From Candidatus Parcubacteria bacterium (GTDB lineage: Bacteria; Patescibacteriota; Minisyncoccia; Phycocordibacterales; CAIJYI01), in contig JAPLYL010000005.1 in the NCBI GenBank assembly GCA_026395595.1, positions 76,853 through 140,852 of the forward strand: a stretch of 64,000 nucleotides of DNA, written 5' to 3'. Below, piece by piece: positions 1 to 8,961 of the stretch. A program made the position numbers and the translations under genes. Positions within the stretch are counted from its first letter, which is position 1; every line of letters starts with the position of its first letter. The notes beneath the pieces are model-generated. The model did not search any database. It saw only the letters and a program-made list of their open reading frames with translations, and had not been told where the DNA came from.

Positions 1-338
1 AGTTGATTTGATTTATAGAAATTTCAATATCGTCGGGTAATCCGCGAGAAAGGAAAGCTTGGATCCAGCCGACGATGTTAAGAATGACCTGCGCAAAGAA
101 CCATAAGCCCAAAGCATAAAATACGGGAACAAGAGAACCGGAAGGGCCGACTTTTGCCGCCACATTCAACGCGTCAAAAAACCGACCGGAAAGATACGGC
201 GTAAAAGCGCTGGCGGCTGCCGAAAGAGTACCTATCCCGATGAGAAGGTAAATTGTTTTGCGGTGGGGAAAAGCCAATCGCCACACCGCTTTCATTCCGT
301 TTTTTATTTTATAGTCCGATTTTGTTGTTTCAGCCATA
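1..338 (-). CDS. ABC transporter, N-terminal transmembrane domain (MsbA-like), partial at window edge
   Basis: ATG at 338 on minus strand, open to the window edge. The translation MAETTKSDYKIKNGMKAVWRLAFPHRKTIYLLIGIGTLSAAASAFTPYLSGRFFDAL... matches the start of ABC exporter TMDs. Not in the ORF track because it is truncated. Confidence 0.45.
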
Positions 339-456
339 AAAATCGTTATTAGTCTTTAATAATAACACTTTTTCGCGATATAGATACAGCTCAAACCGGA
401 ACTTACTTTTCGTCGTTTTTTGGAAATTAGAAATTAGAAATTAGAAATTTTTGTTT

Positions 457-1533
457 TTATATCCCCTCTTCTTTTAGGTCTTCAAAAAGCTTGCGGGCTT
501 TTCGGGAGAGTTTTTTGGGAAGTTTGATGTTGAGTTTGATGAGAAAATCGCCTCGGTGAGTTTTATCCATAGGAACTCCTTTTCCGCGAACCCTGAGTAT
601 TTCTCCATGAGCAACGCCTTCGGGAATCTTTACGGAAATTTTGCCGTCCAAAGTTTCTATCGGATATTCTCCGCCCAAGAGCGCATCGGATAATTTAATA
701 TCCAAATTCATCGCAAGATTCATTCCTTCTCTTTTCAAAAAAGCATGAGGCAAGCAATGAATCTTCGCGTACAAATCTCCCGCGATTCCGCCCGGAGCCG
801 CTTCTCCTTTTCCGGACATTCTGATGACTTCACCGTTGGAAATTCCCGCGGGAATGGAAATGCGCATTTCTTCCTGACCGCGAAGCGCTCCCGCCCCATG
901 GCATTTGCCGCATTTTTCAGAAGGCACTTCGCCTTTGCCGATGCAAGTAGAACATTCGCGAACCGTGCTGATGTTGCCGAATATGGTTCTCTTTGCTTCA
1001 TGAACTTTTCCTTGTCCGTTGCAGGTCTCGCACTTCTTCATTTTTGTTCCAGGTTTCCCTCCCGTGCCATGACATTCAGAACAGACCAGCGTTTTTGAAA
1101 TAAGGACTTTTCGCTCCGTACCAAAAACGGATTCCGCGAAGGGGATCTCAAGGTCAATGGAAATGTCTCTTCCTCTCTTTATTTGCCCGCGTCCGCCGTT
1201 TCCGAAGAAGTCGCCGAAAATATCACCGAGGTCAAACTCCATGCCTTCGGTTCCGTTAAATCCTTGAAACCCGGAGAAGTCAAAACCGCCGAAGCCATTC
1301 GCCTGCGGGCCGGCGTTTCCGCCAGGAAAAGCCGAGCCGTAGGTGTCGTAGGAAGCGCGTTTGCTGTCGTCGGAAAGTATCTGATAGGCCTCATTTATCT
1401 CTTTGAATTTAGCCTCATTTCCGCCCTGTTTATCGGGGTGGTACTGGTGCGCGAGCTTGCGGAACGCCTTTTTGATGTCGTCTTTGGTTGCGTCCTTGTT
1501 GATGCCCAATATCTTGTAGTAGTCGTTTGCCAT
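457..1533 (-). CDS. dnaJ: molecular chaperone DnaJ
   Basis: J-domain with HPD motif (YHPDKQ), Gly/Phe-rich linker, four CxxCxGxG zinc-finger repeats and a C-terminal domain. Confidence 0.95.
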   Translation of the reverse strand: MANDYYKILGINKDATKDDIKKAFRKLAHQYHPDKQGGNEAKFKEINEAYQILSDDSKRASYDTYGSAFPGGNAGPQANGFGGFDFSGFQGFNGTEGMEFDLGDIFGDFFGNGGRGQIKRGRDISIDLEIPFAESVFGTERKVLISKTLVCSECHGTGGKPGTKMKKCETCNGQGKVHEAKRTIFGNISTVRECSTCIGKGEVPSEKCGKCHGAGALRGQEEMRISIPAGISNGEVIRMSGKGEAAPGGIAGDLYAKIHCLPHAFLKREGMNLAMNLDIKLSDALLGGEYPIETLDGKISVKIPEGVAHGEILRVRGKGVPMDKTHRGDFLIKLNIKLPKKLSRKARKLFEDLKEEGI

Positions 1534-1589
1534 ATGCGTTAAAAAATTAAGGTAGTCGCATCATACCACAGAACGCCTTTTCAGACAAT

Positions 1590-1616
1590 TTGACAAAAAT
1601 GGAGTAACTATATACT
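1590..1616 (+). promoter_or_regulatory. sigma70-like promoter TTGACA-N15-TATACT
   Basis: Hexamers read directly. Located about 45 nt upstream of a small ORF with a strong RBS (AAGGAGG). Confidence 0.4.
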
Positions 1617-1659
1617 CTTAAAGAGGGTTTATGCTCAACTTTTTCTAAAGGAGGAACTC

Positions 1660-1791
1660 ATGGGCATGAGAAAAGAAGACAAAAAAATTGTTTGGATGGT
1701 CATCGTCGGCGTACTCGTAACGCCATTCGCTATTTATATTCTTCCGCATTTGGAAGCATTCGTTGAATCACTGCTTGCTTTGATTCACTAA
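1660..1791 (+). CDS. small membrane protein (43 aa)
   Basis: AAAGGAGGAACTC then ATG. One hydrophobic helix (IVWMVIVGVLVTPFAIYIL). Followed directly by a GC-rich hairpin terminator. Confidence 0.5.
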   Translation: MGMRKEDKKIVWMVIVGVLVTPFAIYILPHLEAFVESLLALIH

Positions 1792-1799
1792 AAGAAAGA

Positions 1800-1832
1800 A
1801 CGCCCCGGTTTATCGCCGGGGCGTATTTTTAT
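1800..1832 (+). terminator. rho-independent terminator
   Basis: CGCCCCGG-loop-CCGGGGCG stem followed by a T-run. Confidence 0.7.
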
Positions 1833-1918
1833 CGCAATTGACTTTTTTTGCTTTCCGTATAAAAATAGGTGAAGGCTCGAACGATTTTAAAAATAAACAC
1901 TTTTGCAAAGGAGAAAAC

Positions 1919-2527
1919 ATGATGTTCAATAAAGACTTTGATTTTAACGAGAACAAAGAAGTTCAGTCCATAAAAAAGACGATTGCTTTTCTGGAAGACA
2001 AACTTTCCGAAGAGATGGCGAAACGCCGAGCAAAACTGCATTTCGGCATAGAACACGGGAAAATTGTTTTTGAGCAAGAAATTCTGCGAAGACATCGTGA
2101 ACTTAAAGTCAGTTTGTGGAAATACATCACCAGAGCAAATCCGCTGGTAATTTTATCTTCCATAATAACTTATCCGATGATTATTCCGATTGTGATTTTG
2201 GATATTACCGTGACAATATACCAGCATATTTGTTTCCGTATTTACGGAATTCCTTTGGTAAAACACCATGATTATATGGTCTTTGAAAGGACGCATCTCG
2301 CCTACCTCAACCTCGTTCAAAAACTCAACTGCGCCTACTGTTCTTACGGAAACGGCGTCATTGCTTATGCCCGCGAGATATTTGCTCGCACGGAACAATA
2401 CTGGTGTCCGATTAAACACGCCAAAAGAACCATTCTCGGCAACCATGAACGATACGAAGATTTTGCTGAGTTCGGAGATGTTGACGCCTTTATGGAAAGA
2501 TACAAAAAAGGCAAAGTAAAAGAATAA
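1919..2527 (+). CDS. hypothetical membrane-associated protein
   Basis: RBS AAAGGAGAAAAC then ATG at 1919, in-frame within the 1838..2527 ORF. Hydrophobic central segment. Cys-containing C-terminal motif CAYCSYGNG...WCPIKH. Confidence 0.55.
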   Translation: MMFNKDFDFNENKEVQSIKKTIAFLEDKLSEEMAKRRAKLHFGIEHGKIVFEQEILRRHRELKVSLWKYITRANPLVILSSIITYPMIIPIVILDITVTIYQHICFRIYGIPLVKHHDYMVFERTHLAYLNLVQKLNCAYCSYGNGVIAYAREIFARTEQYWCPIKHAKRTILGNHERYEDFAEFGDVDAFMERYKKGKVKE

Positions 2528-2635
2528 AAAACAAAGAAGAGAGAAGCTCGCAATAGAAAATATCGCAGGCTTTTTTGTTTTGGAAAAACAGGATATACTG
2601 AAAGAAAGTTTTACTCGTTAATCATTTGAAATTTT

Positions 2636-3031
2636 ATGAAAGGATATGTCATTAATTTAGAAAAAGATACGCTGGAGAACGAAGATTTCCGCCGAGTATT
2701 ATATACGGCAAAAAATTGCCAGCTCGTACTTATGAGTTTAAAGCCTAGAGAAGAAATCGGTATGGAAGCGCACGAACTTGACCAATTTCTTCGCTTTGAA
2801 AAAGGCAACGGAAAAGCAATACTGGACGGTGTAGAACACGAAGTCTCTGACGGTTTTGCGGTAGTCGTTCCAGCAGGAACCAATCACAATATCATCAACA
2901 CTTCGGAAACGGAGATATTAAAACTCTATACGGTTTATGCTCCGCCCGAACATAAAGACGGAGTGGTTCGTCACACAAAAGAAGAAGCCGAAGCGAATGA
3001 AGAACATTTTGACGGGATAACCACGGAATAG
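2636..3031 (+). CDS. cupin-domain protein
   Basis: Small beta-barrel protein. HELDQFLRFEKGNG...VVVPAGTNHNI pattern typical of the cupin_2 fold. Confidence 0.6.
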   Translation: MKGYVINLEKDTLENEDFRRVLYTAKNCQLVLMSLKPREEIGMEAHELDQFLRFEKGNGKAILDGVEHEVSDGFAVVVPAGTNHNIINTSETEILKLYTVYAPPEHKDGVVRHTKEEAEANEEHFDGITTE

Positions 3032-3040
3032 TCCTATCGT

Positions 3041-3072
3041 AAAAAATGCTCCGATTACTCGGAGCATTTTGC
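3041..3072. terminator. bidirectional terminator hairpin
   Basis: AAAATGCTCCGA-TTAC-TCGGAGCATTTT with A/T runs on both sides, between convergent genes. Confidence 0.65.
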
Positions 3073-3080
3073 GATATTTT

Positions 3081-3332
3081 TCAATCGCCGCTGAATACGG
3101 GTTTTCTGATAGTGTCTACCTTGTCGCAACCGCCGCAGGGCCTTACGACAGAAAACCATACGATGTCGCCTTCTTTAATGTTTTCTTCGCCGGTAGCAAA
3201 AACAACATGGTCAGGGTCAAAAACATATTCAAGATGATCTTCTTTAATCATTTTGTTTTCTTCAGTTCGTTCTTCGCTAAGGATCCATAATCCTTCGCTG
3301 ATAAACGTAATTTTTCCCAATCTAAAGTGCAT
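3081..3332 (-). CDS. hypothetical small protein (83 aa)
   Basis: GAGGAG RBS 6 nt upstream of the ATG at 3332 (MHFRLGKITF...). C-terminal CGGCDK motif. The longer 144-aa track ORF is an unlikely N-terminal extension. Confidence 0.5.
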   Translation of the reverse strand: MHFRLGKITFISEGLWILSEERTEENKMIKEDHLEYVFDPDHVVFATGEENIKEGDIVWFSVVRPCGGCDKVDTIRKPVFSGD

Positions 3333-3474
3333 GCGCTTCTCCTCTGATTCTTCAGTGAATACCAATTGAATAATACTCTTACATTTCAGTTTTGTCAAAC
3401 AGGAGAACTTGACCATATCGTATAAATATGATATTTTATGTGTTGATACTTTAATACAAACCAAGGAGTTTTTA

Positions 3475-4023
3475 GTGAATACTCTATCAGGCGTATTGTT
3501 CTTTATTGCTTTCATTCCTTATGTCTGGGCCATAGTGCACGGACAAACTGTTCCTTCGCCGGTAACGTGGGCCATCTGGGCGAGCGTTGACACCCTCACA
3601 CTCTTCGCGATGATAAAAGAAAAAGCGATGGTCGGACAGATTACCGGTGCGGTTATCGGAGCCTGGGTCGTCACGATATTGGCAATCTTCTATGGCAATC
3701 CGACAATGGGTTCCATTGAGTGGGTAAGTATTATCGGGGCCCTCGCGGGAGTAGTACTTTGGAAAACAACCGGCAATGCCCTTCTTGCCGTCATTTGCGC
3801 TCAAGTTGCCGTACTTATCGGTGCGGTTCCGACCATAGTCGGCATCTGTAATGGCGTATTGGTAGAAGACCCGATTGCGTGGTCTCTCTGGTCCATCTCA
3901 TGCATTCCCGCATTTCTGGCGATAAAAAAATGGGATATGGCAAACGTGCTTCAACCCCTCTCTTTCGCCATAGTTGATGTGACCATATTCGTCCTTGTTA
4001 TGATTCGCCTCTTTTGGCTTTAA
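3475..4023 (+). CDS. polytopic membrane protein, function unknown
   Basis: AAGGAG 6 nt upstream of the GTG at 3475. Five to six predicted TM helices. Hairpin terminator follows. Confidence 0.55.
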   Translation: MNTLSGVLFFIAFIPYVWAIVHGQTVPSPVTWAIWASVDTLTLFAMIKEKAMVGQITGAVIGAWVVTILAIFYGNPTMGSIEWVSIIGALAGVVLWKTTGNALLAVICAQVAVLIGAVPTIVGICNGVLVEDPIAWSLWSISCIPAFLAIKKWDMANVLQPLSFAIVDVTIFVLVMIRLFWL

Positions 4024-4029
4024 GCCGTA

Positions 4030-4068
4030 ACCCCCATGAGTATAATACACTCATGGGGGTTTCTTTTT
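4030..4068 (+). terminator. rho-independent terminator
   Basis: ACCCCCATGAGT...ACTCATGGGGGT stem plus TTTCTTTTT. Confidence 0.7.
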
Positions 4069-4200
4069 GACACCACGGAAAATCGTTGACGAACTCGTTG
4101 AAATGATGTAGTTTAAGGGCAGGTGAAAGCACCTTGGTACTTTGAAATCATTCCACAAAACACTTTTCGCACCACCAATCAAACAAGGAGAGGTTGCACA

Positions 4201-5616
4201 ATGAAACGGCAAAAACCAAAAGTATTCGTCCTGGATACATGCGTATATGGTCACGACCCGAACGCGATTTTCAGCTTTGAAGAACACGACCTGCATGTCC
4301 CCATCGTCGTAATGAGAGAACTGGACGGCCACAAAAGCAACTACAAAAAACCGGAACTTGCCAGAAATGCGCGGCAAATATCTCGTTATTTTTTAGAATT
4401 ACTCCGTGGAGCAAACCCAAAAGATATGGAAAAAGGATTTCCTATATCACTGATAAAATCCCATTATGGGAAAAACGGCCCAGACAAAAAGACAGGGAGG
4501 GTTTTCTTTGAAACCACTACCCCCGATCAACTGATATCATCTGTTTATCCTGATGGAGCCATAATCAACTATACAAAAAAACTTCAAGAAAAACTTGGAG
4601 AAAAGGTTGAAGTGATTTTTGTTACTCAAGACATAAACGCGTTCAGCACATCACTCATCTGCGGAGTTCAAACCGAAGAATACGAGAGTGGCAAGGCTCT
4701 GGACGATATTGACCTTCTTTATAACGGAATGTATCAATTACCGTCCGGCTTTTGGGAAATGATAGAAATTGAAATGACTGCAAAATCTGAAGGAATTTCT
4801 TATTGGAATATCAAGACCCCGCTCGCGAGAAACTGGTATCCGAATCAATTTCTGTATCTGACAAAAGAAGACTCAACGGAAGAATATATCGTTGATAAAG
4901 TTGACGGGGAAACCGCTTCCATTCGCACGATTATTGATTACCGAAAACTCGAAAACGGCGTCTGGGGTTTACATCCGCTCAACAAAGAACAAAACTTTGC
5001 ATTGAACGCCCTGATGAATCCCGAGATTGATTTTGTTTCTCTTGCAGGAAAAGCCGGTTCGGGAAAAACACTTCTCGCTCTTGCTGCGGCATTGGAACAA
5101 GTGATGGCGGTGCCGAAAATTTATTCCAAAATTCTCATCACCAAAGAAGCCATGCCAATTGGAGAAGACCTCGGTTTTTTCCCAGGAACGGAAGAACAAA
5201 AAATGGCGCCATGGATGATGGCTTTTACCGATAACCTGGATTTTTTATGCAGCGGTATGAATGAAGGCGTTATGAAGCAATCAGCCAAAGATCTTATGAA
5301 GAATTATATTGAAATGCGAGCCATTGGCCCGATGCAAGGAAGAACGTTCCATAAGAAATTCGTTATTTTAGACGAAGCGCAAAATCTGGCTCCAAAACAA
5401 ATGCTGGACTTGATCACCCGCGCCGGTCCGGGCACAAAATTCGTTTGTCTGGGCAACATCAAACAGATTGCGACCCCATATCTTACGGGAGAAGCGTCAG
5501 GTTTGACCAGTGTGGTGGAGGCATTCAAAACATGGGAAAGAAGCGCTCATGTAACGCTTGTTGCAGGGGAAAGAAGTCCGCTCGCGGAATTCGCCTCCAA
5601 TAATCTCTGTCAGTAG
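4201..5616 (+). CDS. PhoH-like ATPase with N-terminal PIN domain (YlaK-type)
   Basis: RBS AAGGAGAGG then ATG at 4201. N-terminal PIN-like segment (VLDTCVY...). C-terminal PhoH P-loop (AGKAGSGKT) and DEAQN (Walker B) motifs. Confidence 0.85.
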   Translation: MKRQKPKVFVLDTCVYGHDPNAIFSFEEHDLHVPIVVMRELDGHKSNYKKPELARNARQISRYFLELLRGANPKDMEKGFPISLIKSHYGKNGPDKKTGRVFFETTTPDQLISSVYPDGAIINYTKKLQEKLGEKVEVIFVTQDINAFSTSLICGVQTEEYESGKALDDIDLLYNGMYQLPSGFWEMIEIEMTAKSEGISYWNIKTPLARNWYPNQFLYLTKEDSTEEYIVDKVDGETASIRTIIDYRKLENGVWGLHPLNKEQNFALNALMNPEIDFVSLAGKAGSGKTLLALAAALEQVMAVPKIYSKILITKEAMPIGEDLGFFPGTEEQKMAPWMMAFTDNLDFLCSGMNEGVMKQSAKDLMKNYIEMRAIGPMQGRTFHKKFVILDEAQNLAPKQMLDLITRAGPGTKFVCLGNIKQIATPYLTGEASGLTSVVEAFKTWERSAHVTLVAGERSPLAEFASNNLCQ

Positions 5617-5626
5617 TTTTTAAGTC

Positions 5627-5659
5627 CATCGCCCCGATCAATGTCGGGGCGATTTTTAT
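5627..5659 (+). terminator. rho-independent terminator
   Basis: CATCGCCCCGA-TCAATG-TCGGGGCGAT plus TTTTAT. Confidence 0.7.
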
Positions 5660-5725
5660 GTTGACAAAGTTCATGTAATGTACTACATTTACCGCAGATA
5701 GACCTTAGATAAAAGGAGAAGAAAG

Positions 5726-5980
5726 ATGAATAAAAGAATAACGAATGTTTTAGATGCCCATGGAGCGCTTCTTGTTCCGGAGAAAGAATACCTCCATCAA
5801 GGAAGAATACTGCGAGTTCTTGATGAATCATACGGTCCCGGGAATCCCAGGCTTCCCTATTATCGCGTGATATGCGAAGACAAATACGGCAAAGAAAAAA
5901 TCATCATCGTTGACGCCCAATATCCGGGCGGAGTTTATGGGGGCATCGTCTTCCAATCAAGGCTTGTTCCGATAGAATAA
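5726..5980 (+). CDS. hypothetical protein (84 aa)
   Basis: RBS AAAAGGAGAAG. Promoter-like TTGACA-N17-TACATT at 5661-5689. Terminator follows. Confidence 0.5.
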   Translation: MNKRITNVLDAHGALLVPEKEYLHQGRILRVLDESYGPGNPRLPYYRVICEDKYGKEKIIIVDAQYPGGVYGGIVFQSRLVPIE

Positions 5981-5987
5981 TCAAAAC

Positions 5988-6026
5988 AAAATCCCCCGAC
6001 TTGAATCGGGGGATTTTTATTTTTTC
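5988..6026. terminator. bidirectional terminator
   Basis: AAAATCCCCCGA-CTTGAA-TCGGGGGATTTT with flanking A/T runs, between convergent genes. Confidence 0.7.
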
Positions 6027-6029
6027 TTT

Positions 6030-6404
6030 TTATTCAACCGTTATGGTTCCTTTCATGCTCGGATGAATGGAACAAATATAATCAAAACTCCCCTCCTGGT
6101 TAAAAGTTGAGCTGTACGTAAATCCTGTTTTAATAACATCGCTTTTAAAGTCTGTTCCGGAAATCTGATGAGGAGCGGAGTCTTCGTTTGTCCAAATTAT
6201 AATGTCGCCTTTTTTCACTTTCATATCAGAGGGAACAAAAGCAAAATTCTTAATGGAGATTTGGCGAATCTGCGCCGTAATGACCGGCTTTTCGTATTTT
6301 ACGGGAGGAAGATTTTGTTCTGTCTTCTTTTGCTGGGTCAACGCAAAGATGGCCAATATGGCAACGACGACAACAATAACGACGAGAACGTATTTTATTT
6401 TCAT
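6030..6404 (-). CDS. cupredoxin (plastocyanin/amicyanin-like blue copper protein), membrane-anchored
   Basis: N-terminal TM or signal anchor. The C-terminal ligand pattern ...APHQ...CSIHPSMKG matches the type-1 copper His/Cys/His/Met motif. Confidence 0.75.
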   Translation of the reverse strand: MKIKYVLVVIVVVVAILAIFALTQQKKTEQNLPPVKYEKPVITAQIRQISIKNFAFVPSDMKVKKGDIIIWTNEDSAPHQISGTDFKSDVIKTGFTYSSTFNQEGSFDYICSIHPSMKGTITVE

Positions 6405-6413
6405 ACGATTATA

Positions 6414-6614
6414 TTAAAAATAGAGTAATAAACCTAAAATTAAATGAACAAAAATAATGCCGGTTAAAATCATGGCGTTCGTTTTATGCGCGCTGAAATA
6501 ATCCGGGTGTCCATGAACCAGTTTGTATCCCAGATAGAGCTGTAAAGAAAAGTCTATCAAAGCAATCAGCCCCAACCAAAACACCAGGGGTTTTCCCAAA
6601 ATAATAAAAAACAT
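6414..6614 (-). CDS. small two-helix membrane protein
   Basis: Hydrophobic 66-aa ORF immediately upstream of and co-oriented with the cupredoxin gene (10-nt gap). Confidence 0.4.
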   Translation of the reverse strand: MFFIILGKPLVFWLGLIALIDFSLQLYLGYKLVHGHPDYFSAHKTNAMILTGIIFVHLILGLLLYF

Positions 6615-6747
6615 AGTGCTTCTATTTTAACACTTTTTTATTTTTCAGGTAAGGGAAAACTCATCATAAGTCCTTGACTTTATATTGTTTTGATGTATAA
6701 TAAGCTTTGAATAATCAGTACTTTTTATACACAACAAGGATTTAACA

Positions 6748-7017
6748 ATGAAAGTGATAAAAGATAAAAAAGATGCTCTTGATGAACTTCTGGAGATGTC
6801 AAAAAGGTTTCGCGGATGCAACGACCCGCAAGTAATTTTTGCTTCGGCAGTGCTTTATACGCTCGCCGGAGCGCTTCAAAAAGGGACAACGGATGAATTG
6901 GCAAAAGTTCTTCTTGAGCACGTAACGCGTGACGGAGAAGTGCTTCGCAAAGCGACGTCCCTTGCCGGGAACATCCAGCTGGCCCCGGAAAGTAACGGAA
7001 GCAAACGACTAAATTAA
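6748..7017 (+). CDS. hypothetical protein (89 aa)
   Basis: AAGGA RBS. Strong hairpin terminator at 7026-7060 in the same orientation. The opposite-strand ORF 6725..7123 is rejected. Confidence 0.5.
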   Translation: MKVIKDKKDALDELLEMSKRFRGCNDPQVIFASAVLYTLAGALQKGTTDELAKVLLEHVTRDGEVLRKATSLAGNIQLAPESNGSKRLN

Positions 7018-7111
7018 AAAACCGCCATCGCTCCGAGCTGTCTCGGAGCGATTTTTTATTGATATTTCTCCACAGTTTATTCGTACCATTTAGTGTGATT
7101 GTATTGTATGA

Positions 7112-8503
7112 TTGAAGAAACAATCTCTCTCTTTTATGAAAATACGAACGCAGCTTATCGTTACTTATATCGTTATAGCGCTCCTTCCTGTTCTGCTTGT
7201 ATCATGGACTGCCTACTCTAAAGCACGCAGTGCTCTTGTCAAAGAACAGCAAAATTCTTTGGAATCAACTACCGAACTAAAAATTGATTCCATACAGAGT
7301 TATTTTTCTTTTTTTTCAAAAGAGATAACTATAACAAAAGAACGTTTTACGATACGACAGTACTTTCCTATTCTTGTCGGGTCGGAAAATAAAATAAACA
7401 CCTCGGAACAAAAAAGAGTGGCGGAAGTTATTGATATGGAAGCAAAAAGCATCCTTTCAACCATAAAAGAAATAAAGGATCTATTTTTAATAGATTCAAA
7501 CGGAAAGATTGTCTATTCTTCAAAAAAAGAAACGGAGCAAAAAAATATAAGAGTGGTATTCCCCGTCAGAGGATTAGACGCTTTTCTAAAAGGAAAAGAG
7601 GGGGTTTTTCTCTCAGATATCCTTTATGACAAAAATCTGAACGAACGAAATTTTCTGGAAAGCGCCCCGATATATGACCTTTCCGGAAATTTTGCGGGAG
7701 TGCTCATTTTTCAAATAGATGCAGAATCTCTCTTCTCTGTCGTTCAAGAAACAATCGGCATGGGAAATACGGGAGAAACGCTTATCGCAAGACAAGTTTC
7801 CGAAGATCCGCTTATTCCCAATAACGAAAAAACGTACGACCCGCAAGGAAAAATGATTATGTTTTTGAATCCTTTGCGTTTTGATCAGAACGCTTCTTTT
7901 AACCGATTCATCCGCATCGGAGACAAAACAGGTCTGCCGATACAGAACGCCATTCAAAAAAAAGATGGCGGCGGTATAAACATAGACTACCGTGGAAAAG
8001 AAGTTCTTTCCGTCTGGAAATATCTGCCGGAATACCATTGGAGTCTGGTAACGAAAATAGATATGTCGGAGGTCTTGTCTCCCGTTTATGAATGGCTCAA
8101 AACGGCTGTCATGGTATTCTTTGCCATAATTTTGTTTATTATTCTTTTTTCTATTCTCCTTGCACATATCCTTTTATCCCCCATCAAAGAGATTATGAGT
8201 GTGGTGAAAGAGTTTCGTGAAGGGAACAAAGCCATAAGACTGAGCAGAAAAATAATTTCTTCCAAAAACGAGATTGGAGAATTCGGACGAATTTTGGAAT
8301 CATATGCCGATGAGGTCCTCTGCTCGGAAGAAAACACGAAAAAACAAATAGAAGAAAAAACGCAAAAGCTGGCGAAACAAGAGGAGGAGATGAAAACAAA
8401 ACTTGAAAATGTTGAGCGTGCGAATAAACTCATGGTGGGAAGAGAACTAGAAATGGTAAAATTAAAAAAAGAGATTGCGGAATATAAAAATAGCAAACAA
8501 TAA
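7112..8503 (+). CDS. membrane sensor protein: extracytoplasmic Cache-like domain plus HAMP plus coiled coil, no kinase domain
   Basis: TTG start at 7112 (or ATG at 7136). TM1, approximately 270-aa periplasmic domain, TM2, HAMP-like segment (LAHILLSPIKEIMSVVKEFREGNKAIRL...EIGEFGRILESYADEV), Glu/Lys-rich coiled coil. No HisKA or HATPase in the ORF. Confidence 0.7.
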   Translation: MKKQSLSFMKIRTQLIVTYIVIALLPVLLVSWTAYSKARSALVKEQQNSLESTTELKIDSIQSYFSFFSKEITITKERFTIRQYFPILVGSENKINTSEQKRVAEVIDMEAKSILSTIKEIKDLFLIDSNGKIVYSSKKETEQKNIRVVFPVRGLDAFLKGKEGVFLSDILYDKNLNERNFLESAPIYDLSGNFAGVLIFQIDAESLFSVVQETIGMGNTGETLIARQVSEDPLIPNNEKTYDPQGKMIMFLNPLRFDQNASFNRFIRIGDKTGLPIQNAIQKKDGGGINIDYRGKEVLSVWKYLPEYHWSLVTKIDMSEVLSPVYEWLKTAVMVFFAIILFIILFSILLAHILLSPIKEIMSVVKEFREGNKAIRLSRKIISSKNEIGEFGRILESYADEVLCSEENTKKQIEEKTQKLAKQEEEMKTKLENVERANKLMVGRELEMVKLKKEIAEYKNSKQ

Positions 8504-8504
8504 A

Positions 8505-8942
8505 ATGAATGAACTTGAAAACATCGTACCAAAACTGATAGAACAGCATCGTCTTTTGCAAAAAGACCTTGGAATGGCCGCGGCAATGACAGAAATGGAA
8601 AAGCCTTCTTCTCAAGAAATAGAAAAATGGCTTCAGCAATTTACCGCTGACCTTACCGAGCACCTGCACTTGGAGAACGCTGTTTTTTATGTTGAACTCC
8701 TCAAAAAAATGAAAGAAGCGGGCGTTGATACGACAAACACGGGGATATTCATCGCCGATATGAAAAATATTGGGAACAAAGTGGAAACTTTTATGAAAAA
8801 ATACAAAAAAGCGGATACTATTGATGCTTCTCTGGCAGAATTTAAATCTGAATTCTTTCCTATTATAAACGCGCTGAACATCCGCATTGAGTCGGAAGAG
8901 TCAGGCGTGTATCTCTATTGGGATTTATATAATAAAGAATAA
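8505..8942 (+). CDS. hypothetical protein, possibly hemerythrin-like metal-binding
   Basis: ATG 1 nt after the upstream stop. HLHLENAVFYVELL H-x-H-x-E style motif. Weak assignment. Confidence 0.35.
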   Translation: MNELENIVPKLIEQHRLLQKDLGMAAAMTEMEKPSSQEIEKWLQQFTADLTEHLHLENAVFYVELLKKMKEAGVDTTNTGIFIADMKNIGNKVETFMKKYKKADTIDASLAEFKSEFFPIINALNIRIESEESGVYLYWDLYNKE

Positions 8943-8961
8943 ATAAAAAAACATTTATCGT

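Noticed and set aside
422-450. CRISPR array considered for the GAAATTA tandem repeats
   Set aside because: Units are 7 bp and directly abutting, with no spacers and no cas genes. This is a microsatellite-type repeat, not CRISPR.
7613-8586. 184-aa and 166-aa minus-strand ORFs inside the sensor gene 7112-8503
   Set aside because: Antisense to an ORF with clear TM and HAMP architecture. Phe/Ser-rich translation typical of reverse frames.
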